DNA of 64,000 nt from Candidatus Krumholzibacteriia bacterium (lineage in GTDB: Bacteria > Krumholzibacteriota > Krumholzibacteriia > Krumholzibacteriales > Krumholzibacteriaceae): positions 128,001-192,000 of the forward strand of contig CAWIIQ010000002.1 in the NCBI GenBank assembly GCA_963836185.1, written 5' to 3'. The notes under the pieces are model-generated. The model did not search any database. It was not told the origin of the DNA and saw only the letters and a list, made by a program, of their open reading frames with translations. Below are positions 46,746-57,733 of this stretch, piece by piece; position 1 is the first letter of the stretch, and every line of letters starts with the position of its first letter. The position numbers and the translations under genes were made by a program.

Positions 46746-48610
46746 ATGTGCGGCATATTCGGGATATATAGCCTGGACGGGCGCGGCGTCGATGAGCGGG
46801 AATCGGCGCGCATGCTCGATTTGCTGTCTCACAGGGGGCCCGACGGGAAAGGGACCTTCTGCGATGATCGAGTATTCCTCGGGCACGCGAGACTCAGCAT
46901 CATAGATGTCGAGGGAGGCAGCCAGCCGATCTTCAGCGAGGACGGGAACATCGCCATAGTCGGGAACGGCGAGATCTACAATCACGAGGAACTGCGGCGC
47001 GGCCTGATCAGCAGGGGGCACACTTTCAAGACGCGTTCCGATATCGAAGTGCTCGTTCACCTCTACGAAGAGGAGAAGGAGGGTTTTCTCGACAAGCTCA
47101 ACGGGATGTTCGCTTTCGCCATCTACGACAGGAGGGCGGGCGAGCTCTTCATCGCGCGTGACAGGATAGGGATCAAGCCGCTTTACTACTATTATGACGG
47201 CGGCAGACTGATCTTTTCATCCGAGATGAAGGCGATCATCAAGTCGGGACTTATCCCTCTCGAGGTAAACGATACCGTCGTATACCAGTTTCTCACGCTT
47301 CATTTTTCCGTGCCTCCTGATACCCTGATCAAGGGGATCCAGTCGCTGAGACCGGGTCATTACATCTTCGCCGGACGCGGGGAGCCGCAGCAGAAGCAGT
47401 ACTGGGATATCAGCCCCGACCCGGACGAACCGCCCCTGCCTCCCGCGGAGTCACTCCGGGAAGTCGAATCGCTTCTGATCGATTCGGTCGAGAAGAGACT
47501 GATGAGCGACGTGCCCCTCGGGCTTTATCTCAGCGGCGGGATAGACTCGAGCCTCATCGCCGCGCTGATGCACAATATGGTAGGCGACGGGATAAAGACC
47601 TTCTCTATCGGTTACCGCGAAAAGGAATACTCTGAGCTGCCCTGGGCGAAAAAGGTCAGCGAGATGATCTCCTCCGACCATACGGAAGTCATCGTCTCTC
47701 CTGACGAGATAAAGCACAATATCGAGGATGTCATATGGTACCGCGAGACACCGATCTCCGAGCCCGCTGATATCCCGATATTCATGCTCAGCCGGGCCGC
47801 GGCGAAGAAGGTCAAGGTCGTCCTTACCGGGGAGGGGGGGACGAGGTATTCGCAGGATACCACAAGTATGTCTTCGAGGACTGGGCGCGCAAAGCGGCGC
47901 TACTGAGGAATCCAGCCGCACGGGCGATGCTGATGAATCCCATGGCGCAGAAGATGTTTCCGCAGAGGATCAATACAGCCCTCGATCTCTTTTCGGAGAA
48001 GGACAGGTTTCGAAGGTACTACAGGTGGTTCAGCTATTTCAGGGACGAGGAGCTGCGCGGCATGGTCAAGCCCGGGAGGGCCGGATTCGTGTCGGGAAGG
48101 AACTTCTACAGGGAGATAGCTGGGGACAGGAGATTCAGGAACGGCCTCGACGAGATGCAGTATCTCGATGTCAAGGTATGGCTGCCCGATAACCTCCTTC
48201 TCAGGGGAGACAGGATGTCGATGGCTTCCGGCCTGGAGGCTCGTGTGCCCTTTCTCGATCACAGGCTCGTCGAGCTGAGCTATCGCCTCGGCATGTCGAT
48301 GAAGGTGAGGAAAAATTCAGGCAAGTACGTCATAAAGAAGATCGCCGAGAAATATCTTGATAAGGAAATAATCTACCGGAAAAAGGTTGGTTTCGCCGTG
48401 CCGGTCAGCGACTGGCTGCGGACCGACCTGAGGGATTTTCTGCAGGATCATCTGACGCGGAGCAATTCGTTCAGCGGAGGGATCTTCAGGAAAGAGAGTA
48501 TTGAGACGATGATCGACGACCATGCGTCAGGCAGGATGGACAACCACAAGAAGCTGTGGATCCTTCTTAACCTTGAGCTTTGGTACGACCAGTTCATCGG
48601 CGGCGCGTAA
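46746..48610 (+). pseudogene. asnB: Asparagine synthase (glutamine-hydrolysing)-family amidotransferase, -1 frameshift in the G7 run at 47834-47840
   Basis: MCGI N-terminus, 'HRGPD', 'RLSIID', 'NGEIYN', 'LSGGIDSS'. Adding one G restores 'LTGEGGDEVFAGY' and joins the downstream 'DRMSMASGLEARVPFLD...KVGF' frame. Confidence 0.9.
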
Positions 48611-48628
48611 GACGCCGCAGGGAGAGCC

Positions 48629-49786
48629 ATGCTGACCGGCAGGGACATCATATGCTTCTCGAACGACTGGAGGAACGATCCGACCAGCAAGCACCAGATC
48701 ATGAAGATCCTTTCGAGGGAGAACAGGATAATCTGGGTCAATTCGATCGGCCTGAGGACCCCCACCATGGGCGCGGGAGACGCCAGGCGGATATTGAACA
48801 AGCTCAAGTCGTTCTTCCGCGGGATGGAAAGGGTCAATGAGAACCTGTACGTATACACGCCGATCGTCATCCCCTTCCACCGGATCGGGATCGTCCGCTC
48901 GATCAACGCGTTCATCCTCAAGCTCGCTCTCAACTCGTATATCCGCAGGCTCGGGATGAAAGACGTCATATGCTGGTCATATCTTCCCAACGCGGGCTAT
49001 ATAATAGAGAAGCTGAAACCGAAGACGATCGTTTATCACTGCGTGGACGAGTGGAGCAAGTTCTCATTCATCGATGACAGGATCGTCGAACAGGAGAGGG
49101 AGCTGTGCGAAATGTCCGATGTCGTCTTCGCTTCGGCGAGGACACTCTATGAGAGCAGAAAGCCTTACAATCCGAACACGCACTATATCCCGCACGGGGT
49201 CGACTACGAATATTTCCACGAGAGGAAAACGGCCGATTTGCCCCTTCCGGAGGATATGGCAGGTATCGGACACCCCATAGCGGGCTTCTTCGGCCTGATA
49301 CACGAGTGGATCGATCTCGACCTGCTCGCCCGTATCGCGAAGGATAATCCTGAAGTAAGCTTCGTCTACATCGGCAAGTATTCGGTCGATGTCGGCGCCG
49401 TCGACGCCTTCCCCAACACTCATTTCCTCGGGCAGAAGGAGTACAGCGAACTGATCGATTACGCGAAGCACTTCGATGTCGGGCTGATCCCCTTCAAGAT
49501 CAATGACCTGACCATCGCGGTGAATCCGATCAAGCTGAAGGAATACCTCGCTCTGGGGATCCCCGTCATTTCCGTCGGCCTCCCGGAAGTCAAGGCTTAC
49601 GGGCATGTCGTGCATGTGGCTGAAGACTACGGCCAGTTCGACAGTGCGCTGAAGGATGAGATCTCTGGCCGCCACAAGGTGACCTTCGAGCAGCTCGATG
49701 CCGTGGCGAGGGGGGAGACCTGGGACAGGAAGGTAGACGAGATATCCGGGATGATCACCGATGCGGAAGCGGGCCGCGACGGCTGA
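48629..49786 (+). CDS. GT-B (GT4-like) glycosyltransferase
   Basis: 'NDW...TSKHQ', 'YHCVDEWS', 'IPHGVD', 'DVGLIPF...NPIKLKEYLALGIPV'. Confidence 0.88.
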   Translation: MLTGRDIICFSNDWRNDPTSKHQIMKILSRENRIIWVNSIGLRTPTMGAGDARRILNKLKSFFRGMERVNENLYVYTPIVIPFHRIGIVRSINAFILKLALNSYIRRLGMKDVICWSYLPNAGYIIEKLKPKTIVYHCVDEWSKFSFIDDRIVEQERELCEMSDVVFASARTLYESRKPYNPNTHYIPHGVDYEYFHERKTADLPLPEDMAGIGHPIAGFFGLIHEWIDLDLLARIAKDNPEVSFVYIGKYSVDVGAVDAFPNTHFLGQKEYSELIDYAKHFDVGLIPFKINDLTIAVNPIKLKEYLALGIPVISVGLPEVKAYGHVVHVAEDYGQFDSALKDEISGRHKVTFEQLDAVARGETWDRKVDEISGMITDAEAGRDG

Positions 49787-49791
49787 AGCCG

Positions 49792-50838
49792 CTACCCTGA
49801 CAGTAGATCCATGTAGAAATCGCAGACTGCGCCTATGTTGTCGCTGTGTGCTTCCGACGGGCCCCGGTCCGTTTCCGGCGCCTCGAGGAGCCTTTCGACA
49901 GCTTCACGCAGAGCCTCCGTATCGGAAAGCGGTATAAGGGTCACTTCGTCCGGGCGCATCCCCGTGTCGGTCGCGATGACCGGGGTTCCGAGGTGGATCG
50001 CCTCGCGCACCGATATGGCGTCCCCGTCATAAGCCGTCGTTCGCAGGAAGAGGTCGGCCCGGTCGATCATGTGCATCGTGACTGGATGCGGCACGTCCCC
50101 GCAGAGCATGATGTGGTCGGAGTACGGTTTCGAAGAGATCAGTTCCCTGAGCTCATCCTCGATGCTTCCCGATCCCACTATCACGAGGCCGGCGCCGGGA
50201 TGTCTCTCCAGTATCTTCCCGAGAACATCTATCTGTGACGGCAGTACGTATTCCGGCTCGAGCAGGCCCGCCGTGATGAGGACGGGACTGTGTCGGTCGA
50301 GGAATCCGCTGATCGGTTCCGGGACGGTCACGCTCTCATCGAGCGATGGCAGTTCGTAGGGCAGGATCAGCCTGATCCGCTCCCCGCCGACGCCGAACCT
50401 GATGAAGAGATCGACTATAGCCTCGTTGACAGCGATGATCCCGTCGAATCTTCTGAAGATGAATCCCCTGACCGTCGCGGGTGATGCGGTCTTTCCCTCC
50501 TTCGAGCCGGGGTAGCCGCCGGAATGGAAGGTCAGCACGGCCCTGCTTCCCCGCATCATGCAGCATACGAGGCTGAGCAGAAGCAGGCGGCCCGTGAGGT
50601 TGCCGCCGATATGAAGGTGGAGGATATCGTACTTGAGCTTCAGAAGAAGGCTTATCAGCTGAAGAGGATTTTTCGGATAGTAGAACCCGTCGCCGTCCTC
50701 GCCCCTGTGACGGGTAAGGTTGATGACTTCCGAGCTGTCACCGCGCGAGACGAGGCACTTGTGGATAGCCACGAGATTGTACTGCACACCGCCGTGTGGA
50801 GGTGGCAGGGGACCAAGTTGCAGGATTCTCATAGCCAT
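49792..50838 (-). CDS. GT4-family glycosyltransferase
   Basis: 'GPLPPPHGGV', 'TFHSGG', 'DGDAISVREAIHLGTPVIATD'. Confidence 0.87.
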   Translation of the reverse strand: MAMRILQLGPLPPPHGGVQYNLVAIHKCLVSRGDSSEVINLTRHRGEDGDGFYYPKNPLQLISLLLKLKYDILHLHIGGNLTGRLLLLSLVCCMMRGSRAVLTFHSGGYPGSKEGKTASPATVRGFIFRRFDGIIAVNEAIVDLFIRFGVGGERIRLILPYELPSLDESVTVPEPISGFLDRHSPVLITAGLLEPEYVLPSQIDVLGKILERHPGAGLVIVGSGSIEDELRELISSKPYSDHIMLCGDVPHPVTMHMIDRADLFLRTTAYDGDAISVREAIHLGTPVIATDTGMRPDEVTLIPLSDTEALREAVERLLEAPETDRGPSEAHSDNIGAVCDFYMDLLSG

Positions 50839-50841
50839 CGG

Positions 50842-53010
50842 TTATTTCAGCGAGGCGGCAACATCGATCGCGCGGGGACTGAGCGTACGAGCCGACTCGA
50901 GCATGCGCAGCGCGCCGATAGTAGCTCTGGCACCGTCAACGACGGTGATATCGGGGGCTTCGCCTTTCCTTAAGCTTGTGATAAACGATTTCATCTGTTC
51001 GTCATAGCCCTTGTCGGGGAACATCTTCTTCGATGTTTTGATGGCGCCTCTCTTTACCAGAAGGCTTTTAAAATCCTCTGTGATATAAGCGCCGCCCTGC
51101 GTGAATACCTCGACCCGCTCTCCACCTGAAGTGCGGCTGCCGACCGTGCAGTATGTGAAGTTTCCGATAGAGCCGTCGGCAAATTGGAAACTCGCCGTCA
51201 TGTTATTCATCCCGATCGGCTCATCGTTTCCCATCGGGAGGCTGAATGCCGACACCCCGACAGGTTCAGACCCGGTGAGCCAGTACATAAGGTCGACGAA
51301 ATGGACCGCCTCCCCGAGGATCGCCCCGCCGAACTCCGGGTCCGCGCCCCAGAAAGATCCCGCGAGGCCGGGGGAGTTTATCCGGCAGTTCATCACAGCC
51401 GGCCCGGGCCTGCGGTCGACGTGACGCTTCATGGCCTTGTAGAAAGGCGCGAAACGTCTGTTGAATCCGACAAAGATCTGTTTCCCCGTCTCCTCGACCG
51501 CCTTGTACAGCAGGCGGCACTCCTCTTCAGTCAGGGCCATCGGCTTCTCGAGGAAGACATGCTTGCCCGCGTTCAGGGCGGCGAGAGCCTGGTCGAAGTG
51601 GAACTGGTGCCGGCTGACGATCATTATCATGTCCGTATCTTTATCCCTGAGCAGCTCATCGTAATCGGTGGTGCAGTATGACGCCCCGAACCGGGAGGCG
51701 TATGTCCTCCCGCGCACCCCGCTCGCCGAATAGACGGCGTGCAGTTTAGCTCCACGGGCCTTTTTCAATCCCGGCAGGTGGGCCCATCTCGCGATATTTC
51801 CCGCCCCTGCGAGAGCGACACGAAGATCGCCTCCGCCTGTGGCGGGAGAGAGCTCGAGTTTTCTGAGCGGATCGAAAGAGGCGTCGGGCCGGGGTGAATC
51901 GGCAGCGGGATATTTCAGGAGTACCGCGAGGCTGCCCCCCGCGGGATCGAGTATCGTATCGTAGGCAGCCGTAGCCTCATCGAGAGAGAACTCGTGGGTG
52001 ATCATCGGCTGGAGCTGGACCGCGCCGGTCTCGATCAGCCTGAGGAATTCCTCCATGTTGCGGTTCTCTGTCCAGCGCACGTAAGGCAGGGGGTAGTCTA
52101 CCCCGTGTTTCTCGTACTTCTCGTCATAGCTGCCCGGGCCGTATGCCCTGGCCATGAAGAGCCTTATCTCTTTCATGTACATGGGACCGTAGGGGAAGCT
52201 CAGGTCGACAGCGCCGACGTTAACGACCCTGCCCCTGTCCCTGCAGATCTCGACCGCCTGAACGGCGGGTGCGGCGGATTTGGCGGCAGCGGCTATTATC
52301 GAGCAGTCCACACCTCTGCCATCGGTCAGCGACTTGACCGAGTCGAGGAGGGAGTCTCCGCCCAGCAGCGTGTGGTCCGCGCCGAGCTTTTTCGCGAGAT
52401 CGATGCGGTCCTGCATAAGGTCGACCGCGATCACTACGCCGCCGTTTATCCTGACCAGCTGTGAGATCAGCTGCCCGACGATTCCCTGGCCGATGATGGC
52501 CACGGTCTCGCCCAGGCCTATATTTGCTATCCTGACCGCGTTCATCGCGATGCTTCCGAGTGTCGTGAAACAGGCATGCTCGAACGGAACTGCGTCCGGG
52601 ACCCGCGCGACAAGGTTGCGCCCGGTGATTATCGTCTCGGCGTGGCCGGTGCCTTCTCCGCCGTATGCCACACGCTCGCCGACCTCCAGGTCCCTTACCG
52701 TCTCATGCTTGTCGACCACGATGCCCGCCCCGGAGTAACCGAGTGCGGCAAGAGCGTCGAACTTGGCCATGACCTCGGAGATCGTGCTGACCGGGTTCGA
52801 TATCTTCATCACTTCCCAGATGAGTTTGAGCTGGGAGGGGTCCTCGGCGACTTCCTTTATTACCGCGTCCTGGTGGATGCTGGCGGTCTCCGTCCCGCTG
52901 CTGATCAGCGAGAAGATCGGTTTTATGAGGACGTGGTGTGGTGACGCGACAGGGTCCGGAACTTCCTCGACGATGATATCCCTGAATCCTTTTCGTACGA
53001 CCTGCTTCAT
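50842..53010 (-). CDS. Bi-domain oxidoreductase (Zn-binding ADH-like fused to Gfo/Idh/MocA), typical of polysaccharide loci
   Basis: 'SLISSGTE', 'LGYSGAG', 'GQGIVG', 'YGPGSYD...YVRWTENRNM', 'GAGNIA', 'HVFLEKP', 'VGFNRRFAP'. Confidence 0.9.
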   Translation of the reverse strand: MKQVVRKGFRDIIVEEVPDPVASPHHVLIKPIFSLISSGTETASIHQDAVIKEVAEDPSQLKLIWEVMKISNPVSTISEVMAKFDALAALGYSGAGIVVDKHETVRDLEVGERVAYGGEGTGHAETIITGRNLVARVPDAVPFEHACFTTLGSIAMNAVRIANIGLGETVAIIGQGIVGQLISQLVRINGGVVIAVDLMQDRIDLAKKLGADHTLLGGDSLLDSVKSLTDGRGVDCSIIAAAAKSAAPAVQAVEICRDRGRVVNVGAVDLSFPYGPMYMKEIRLFMARAYGPGSYDEKYEKHGVDYPLPYVRWTENRNMEEFLRLIETGAVQLQPMITHEFSLDEATAAYDTILDPAGGSLAVLLKYPAADSPRPDASFDPLRKLELSPATGGGDLRVALAGAGNIARWAHLPGLKKARGAKLHAVYSASGVRGRTYASRFGASYCTTDYDELLRDKDTDMIMIVSRHQFHFDQALAALNAGKHVFLEKPMALTEEECRLLYKAVEETGKQIFVGFNRRFAPFYKAMKRHVDRRPGPAVMNCRINSPGLAGSFWGADPEFGGAILGEAVHFVDLMYWLTGSEPVGVSAFSLPMGNDEPIGMNNMTASFQFADGSIGNFTYCTVGSRTSGGERVEVFTQGGAYITEDFKSLLVKRGAIKTSKKMFPDKGYDEQMKSFITSLRKGEAPDITVVDGARATIGALRMLESARTLSPRAIDVAASLK

Positions 53011-53118
53011 TTTTAATTCACCCTTGTGATTGTGGTATTTTTCCCTGGAATGCTTTCCGGCTGCGTAAAATCCTGCTGTGCGTGATTCGAACGGACGCTA
53101 CCAGAACAGTAAATATAC

Positions 53119-53134
53119 AGCAAGAAAAATACCA
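53119..53134 (-). promoter_or_regulatory. Candidate sigma54 promoter for the oxidoreductase-GT4 operon
   Basis: Minus strand TGGTATTTTTCTTGCT (GG-N10-GC). Confidence 0.55.
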
Positions 53135-53211
53135 TGCGGCACGTAAAAGGCGATACCGGCAGGAGTAAGGGCCTTTCAGCGCCTTCACCTGTGTGAAAAA
53201 ACTTGTTGCCA

Positions 53212-53227
53212 TGGCATAATTCTTGAT
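53212..53227 (+). promoter_or_regulatory. Sigma54-like promoter variant upstream of the acyltransferase
   Basis: TGGCATAATTCTTGAT, the same TGGCAT-N5-TTGAT variant as at 46681. Confidence 0.4.
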
Positions 53228-53313
53228 ATAACCTGACTCTGCGGAACGGTTATAATTGATGTAATTGTAAGGGGTTGATGAGATCGCTCCGGTATAACGG
53301 CCGGCGGGTGAAG

Positions 53314-54087
53314 ATGAATATCGAAGAGTTCAAGACGAAGATCAAGAGGAGGGAGTCGCCCTTCTACGACCGGCTCTACCGGATCGCGAAGTCGGGGCAG
53401 CAGATGGAGATGCCGTATATCCCCGGGCTGCATGATCTCGGTTATCACGAACGGAAGTTCAGGGTATCGGCCTGGCGTTCGTTCTGGCGCGTCGTCTACC
53501 ATCAGCCTCTCTTCCGCAGCAGATGCGTCGAGTGCGGAAAGCATCTCTTTATCGACAACACCGGACAGGGCCTTCCCTTCATAGAGGGCAACCTCAAGAT
53601 CCATATCGGGGATAACGTTTTTCTCTACGACAGGATCACCCTGGCGGGCCTTACTGTTTCCGATGATCCCGTTCTTACCATAGGTGACAATACGGAGATC
53701 GGGATGCCGCTCGCGATAATGGTGGGCAGCGAAGTGACTATCGGTTCGAACTGCCTGATCGCGTGCTCTCTTATCACGGACAATCCAGGACACAACCTAG
53801 ACTACAAGAAGAGGTTCCAGAAGCTGCACAAGATCCTCATCGGCAAGGTCAAGATAGGCAACTATGTCCTGGCGGCCCATCAGTCGATGATAGTCGGCAA
53901 CGTTACGATCGGCGATGGAGCAGTGATAGGTGTGAACAGCGTTGTGACCACAGACATACCGCCGTTCTGCGTGGTCGCCGGCAATCCGGCGAGGATTGTG
54001 AAAAAGCTTCGTTTCCCGAAGGAGATGCGAGAGGTGCTCGGGGAGGAAGAGTACCAGAAGTATCTCGATGCCGAGATCCAGCCCTGA
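53314..54087 (+). CDS. Left-handed beta-helix (hexapeptide) O-acyltransferase
   Basis: Hexapeptide repeats 'IGDNVF..IGDNTE..IGSNCL..IGDGAVIGVNSVV', 'VVAGNPARIVK'. Confidence 0.88.
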   Translation: MNIEEFKTKIKRRESPFYDRLYRIAKSGQQMEMPYIPGLHDLGYHERKFRVSAWRSFWRVVYHQPLFRSRCVECGKHLFIDNTGQGLPFIEGNLKIHIGDNVFLYDRITLAGLTVSDDPVLTIGDNTEIGMPLAIMVGSEVTIGSNCLIACSLITDNPGHNLDYKKRFQKLHKILIGKVKIGNYVLAAHQSMIVGNVTIGDGAVIGVNSVVTTDIPPFCVVAGNPARIVKKLRFPKEMREVLGEEEYQKYLDAEIQP

Positions 54088-54135
54088 CGGGAGAGGACCG
54101 GCGCTCCATCATTCCACATCACATTTCCAGCCGGA

Positions 54136-55512
54136 TCAGATGTATACCATGGCAAGGAACTTGTAGAGCACTATGCTGAAGCCGATTATGGCTATGATGA
54201 AGAGGATGTCTTTCTGGGTGAAGCCGCGGTTCTGCCTGACCGGAGGTTCACAGAACCTCAACAGAAGAGTTACAAGGGCGAAGATGATATACAGGACAGG
54301 GGTGTAGGCCTGGGAGAGGAAGACGGCGCTCGAGAGGAATCCGATCAGCGAGAGCTGGAGGATCTTCGCGTACTTGACGTAGATCTCACTGCCGTTTTTT
54401 TCTACTGCCCTGAGTCCGGCATAACTCGAGTATATAAGCGCGAGCCATACGCCGTATCCGAGGAAGCCCAGTTCAGACATGCACTGGATGAAAGCGCTGT
54501 GCGCGGCGCGTATGTGGTAAGCCTGGAAGTTAGCCGGCCCGACGCCGAACAACGGGTGCCCTTTGAGCATGACCAGCCCGGATATCCATGCATTCACCCT
54601 GCCGCTCGCGGAGGCCTCGTAAGGAGAGACATTGCCCATCCTGCTCGGCGCTAGTACCAGCGCGACTCCGATAAAGAGAACGCCCGTGACGATCCCCTTG
54701 AGCAGTCCCCACCTCTTGACGGCAAAGACCGAGAGGATGACGATCAGCGCGACATATCCTCCTCTTGAGTTCGTGTAGTAGATAGCGGCAAGGAGCAGGA
54801 GCGAGACGACCAGCAGCAGCATCTTCCGCTGCCTGCTGATCGAGGAGTCGAACAGGTTTATCAGTATGAACGGGATGAAGGCGTTGATCGCCAGGGCGTA
54901 GTCGTTCGGGTCGCCGAACAGGCCTACCCAGTGTATCCTGCCCAGGATCGGTGTGATTCCCGCCAGGTCGTACCCCCTGAAGTGCATGATCAGACCGTTT
55001 ATCGCGAGGGCGATGGTACAGCCGACGAGTGTCCAGCAGACCATGCGGAACTGGTCAAAGTTTGTAGTGAGGTTCACCATGATCATAAACAGCAGGAATA
55101 CGGTCAGCACTACATAGACTCCCTGCCAGTCGGGCGCTACGCCGAGGTTCACGATATGGCTGATGAATACGAGCCCGAGAAACAGCATCATAAGGATGCT
55201 GTTCCGCGAAGAGGCTATACTCATGGGCTCCTTGCGGAACACCTTGTGCACGATGAATGTGACGATGATAAGAACGGCGAGAAAGAGCATCACGCGCAGT
55301 TTCTGGAGAGCGGGGAAGATCAGCTGAAACTGAGCATAGATCATGATGATGTAGAGGATCAGCCCGGAGAAAGGCCGGAAAAACACCATCGCGCCGAGGG
55401 CCGCCGCTCCCATCAATCCAGCCGCGGCGGGAACAGAAGCCATCGCGACCAGCGAAGCGACTGCCGCCAGGACGACGAACAGGATGATTACTAATGGAGC
55501 GCTCTTTTTCAT
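54136..55512 (-). CDS. O-antigen ligase / Wzy-like polymerase family protein
   Basis: 'GLFGDPNDYA', 'TNSRGG', 'SASGRVNAW', 'PLFGVGPANF', 'AHSAFIQCMSELG'. Confidence 0.88.
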   Translation of the reverse strand: MKKSAPLVIILFVVLAAVASLVAMASVPAAAGLMGAAALGAMVFFRPFSGLILYIIMIYAQFQLIFPALQKLRVMLFLAVLIIVTFIVHKVFRKEPMSIASSRNSILMMLFLGLVFISHIVNLGVAPDWQGVYVVLTVFLLFMIMVNLTTNFDQFRMVCWTLVGCTIALAINGLIMHFRGYDLAGITPILGRIHWVGLFGDPNDYALAINAFIPFILINLFDSSISRQRKMLLLVVSLLLLAAIYYTNSRGGYVALIVILSVFAVKRWGLLKGIVTGVLFIGVALVLAPSRMGNVSPYEASASGRVNAWISGLVMLKGHPLFGVGPANFQAYHIRAAHSAFIQCMSELGFLGYGVWLALIYSSYAGLRAVEKNGSEIYVKYAKILQLSLIGFLSSAVFLSQAYTPVLYIIFALVTLLLRFCEPPVRQNRGFTQKDILFIIAIIGFSIVLYKFLAMVYI

Positions 55513-55525
55513 ATCGTTATTGCCG

Positions 55526-56650
55526 TCACTTCTTCCACCTCGCGTCGGCTCCACCTGTCATGTGAGTATACAGCGCGGCGACCGCGGCGGCATTCATTGA
55601 TATGAATACGGAGATGAAGTTGACCACCCTGTTGCTTTTCAGGCGGGCCGACTTCAGCGCGGCGGTGCCGATCGCGTACAGCGCCGCCTGCAGGATGAAC
55701 AGCATCCGGTACGGCGCTGACTCGATCATAGCCGACGATACCAGAGCCAGGATCATGCAGTAAGGGACGAGAAGCCTGAAGAGCTTGTGGGACACAGTCT
55801 GGAAGAATATCCTGTTCCGGTGAGGGTCGAAGAGCCAGTGGTTGCGCTCGAAAAGCTGGAAGTTGCCTGCCAGCGTCCTGACTTTTCTCCTGAATTCCAG
55901 CCCGATCTCCAGTGAAGCGGTGTCGTACGCTACGGCATCGCTGTCGAAGGTGACGCGGTACCCTTTCCTGAAAGCTCTCAGCGGGATCTCGATGTCGTCG
56001 AGGATCGTGTCGTCCGGTATTTCCTCGATCAACTCGCGGCGTATGGCGTAGATGGCGCCTGTGACTCCGAGGGTCGAGTCGACGTCGCTCTCCGATCTCC
56101 TCAGGATCTTCTCGTAGTGCCAGTATATCCCGACGCTTTTTTCCGTGATGTCGGTCGGCGACATGAATACGAGCTCGCCGCTCACCGCTCCGATCTCCGG
56201 ATCGTCGAAATTCCTGGCCAGCTTGCGCAGCGCGTCCGGTTCGTACATCTGCCTCGTGTCGGAGAATACGACGAGGCCGCTCTCGCACCCTTTTACGGCG
56301 ACGTTTATCTGGTGCGGTTTCCCGCGGTTGACGTCGTCTCTTATAAGGGTGATATCGTCGTATTCTTCGAGGATCGCGGTGGTCCCGTCGGTCGATCCGT
56401 CCGAGACGATGCGGACCGAGAAGAGACCGGCCGGATAATCGAGTTTCCGGCAGTTGTCGATCTTTTCCCTGATGATCCGTTCCTCGTTGTGGGCGATGAT
56501 TATCATCGTGATCGAGGGAAGCTCTTCAGCGCCGCCATGACGGGCGGGACGCCTCCCCTTCAGCCTTCCCGCCATGTAGATGATGGCAGGATAGAGGATA
56601 TACGTGTAGACGATAAACAGCACCGAAAACCAGAATGCGAACCGGATCAC
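55526..56650 (-). CDS. GT2-family membrane glycosyltransferase
   Basis: 'AHNEE', 'SDGSTDGT', 'FSD', 'GVTGAIYAIRR', 'DD', 'RRKVRT'; N- and C-terminal TMs. Confidence 0.9.
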   Translation of the reverse strand: MIRFAFWFSVLFIVYTYILYPAIIYMAGRLKGRRPARHGGAEELPSITMIIIAHNEERIIREKIDNCRKLDYPAGLFSVRIVSDGSTDGTTAILEEYDDITLIRDDVNRGKPHQINVAVKGCESGLVVFSDTRQMYEPDALRKLARNFDDPEIGAVSGELVFMSPTDITEKSVGIYWHYEKILRRSESDVDSTLGVTGAIYAIRRELIEEIPDDTILDDIEIPLRAFRKGYRVTFDSDAVAYDTASLEIGLEFRRKVRTLAGNFQLFERNHWLFDPHRNRIFFQTVSHKLFRLLVPYCMILALVSSAMIESAPYRMLFILQAALYAIGTAALKSARLKSNRVVNFISVFISMNAAAVAALYTHMTGGADARWKK

Positions 56651-56682
56651 CTTGCAAGCCTCCTGTGGCCGACGGCCGTATG

Positions 56683-57696
56683 TCAGTCGTCAGCCTGTTC
56701 GATCGCTTTGGCCAGGCCTTTTCTCACGTTCTGGACAAGTTTGGCGTTGGTCTCTTCCTCTAGGCGTTCGATGGCCTCTTCACGTTCCATGTATCCTCCG
56801 CGTACGAGACCGGCCAGCTCGAACGCGTACGGATGGTAACCGAACCGCTCCTTGTGGACATCGATCCCGAGGGAGTTGAGCTGACAGTTCGTCGAGTTTG
56901 GATCGGTGTCGTCCGGCTTTTTCCATCCGAACGACTTGATCTTCTCCAGGATCTCTCTCTCATCGTATTCGAGGAATGCCAGCGGGCTGACGTTATGCGG
57001 GAAGCGATCTTCCATGGCGAAGTGCTCCTCGGTCAGGAAGTAGTTATCTATCTCCGGCCCCACGACGGCGTGCATCGGCCCGGTGAGCTGTTCCTGCATT
57101 CCCCTGATCATCGAGGGATTGTTCGGGAAGATCGACGCTTCGATGGGAGCCTGTCCCGGCGACCACCCGTAAGTGATCAGGGGGATGTTTCCCTCGATCG
57201 CCAGGCGGAGCGCTATGAACTTAACGATCCCCATGCAGGTCGTGCATATCGAACTGGCCCTCTCGAGCCCTTTTTCGGTGTAGATGTCCTCGTCGGCGCA
57301 CCGGAGGAAGAGCTTGCTGATCAGGTCGAGGCGAGGCTTAAAGATGATGTGGTCGATGCCGAGTCCCTCGACGACCTTGCGCGAGTTCTCGAGCGACTGG
57401 GGTGAGACGAATCCGTTGTCCATCGTCATGGCGAGGATCGACAGGTCGTACTCTTTTTTCAGGACGGCCATGGTATACGTCGAGTCCTTGCCGCCGCTGT
57501 ATGCCATCAGGGCGTCATAGCCGCCCTTGCGTTTCTTGCTTTCGAGAAGCTTCTCGAACTTGCCCCTGTACTTCTCCATCGATTGCTTGAGCCGTTCGAC
57601 ACCGCGGAACCGCCTGCAGAAATTACAGGCCCCTTCGTCGTCGAACTGGATTCCGGGGAATGTCTCGGGCAGTACGCATTTCGTGCATCTTATCAT
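56683..57696 (-). CDS. PP-loop ATP pyrophosphatase, N-acetyl-sugar amidotransferase-like (paralog of 28940-30040)
   Basis: 'CTKCVLPETFPGIQFDDEGACNFC', 'YSGGKDSTY', 'CTTC', 'STNC'. Confidence 0.8.
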   Translation of the reverse strand: MIRCTKCVLPETFPGIQFDDEGACNFCRRFRGVERLKQSMEKYRGKFEKLLESKKRKGGYDALMAYSGGKDSTYTMAVLKKEYDLSILAMTMDNGFVSPQSLENSRKVVEGLGIDHIIFKPRLDLISKLFLRCADEDIYTEKGLERASSICTTCMGIVKFIALRLAIEGNIPLITYGWSPGQAPIEASIFPNNPSMIRGMQEQLTGPMHAVVGPEIDNYFLTEEHFAMEDRFPHNVSPLAFLEYDEREILEKIKSFGWKKPDDTDPNSTNCQLNSLGIDVHKERFGYHPYAFELAGLVRGGYMEREEAIERLEEETNAKLVQNVRKGLAKAIEQADD

Positions 57697-57733
57697 CTCG
57701 TTTCCTTTCGTATCGCCGGCTGCGCGCCGGCGG

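Noticed and set aside
53190-53199. TGTGTGAAAA shared with 33691-33700 as a possible enhancer site
   Set aside because: Only two copies, in inconsistent positions relative to the promoters; could be chance in AT-rich DNA.
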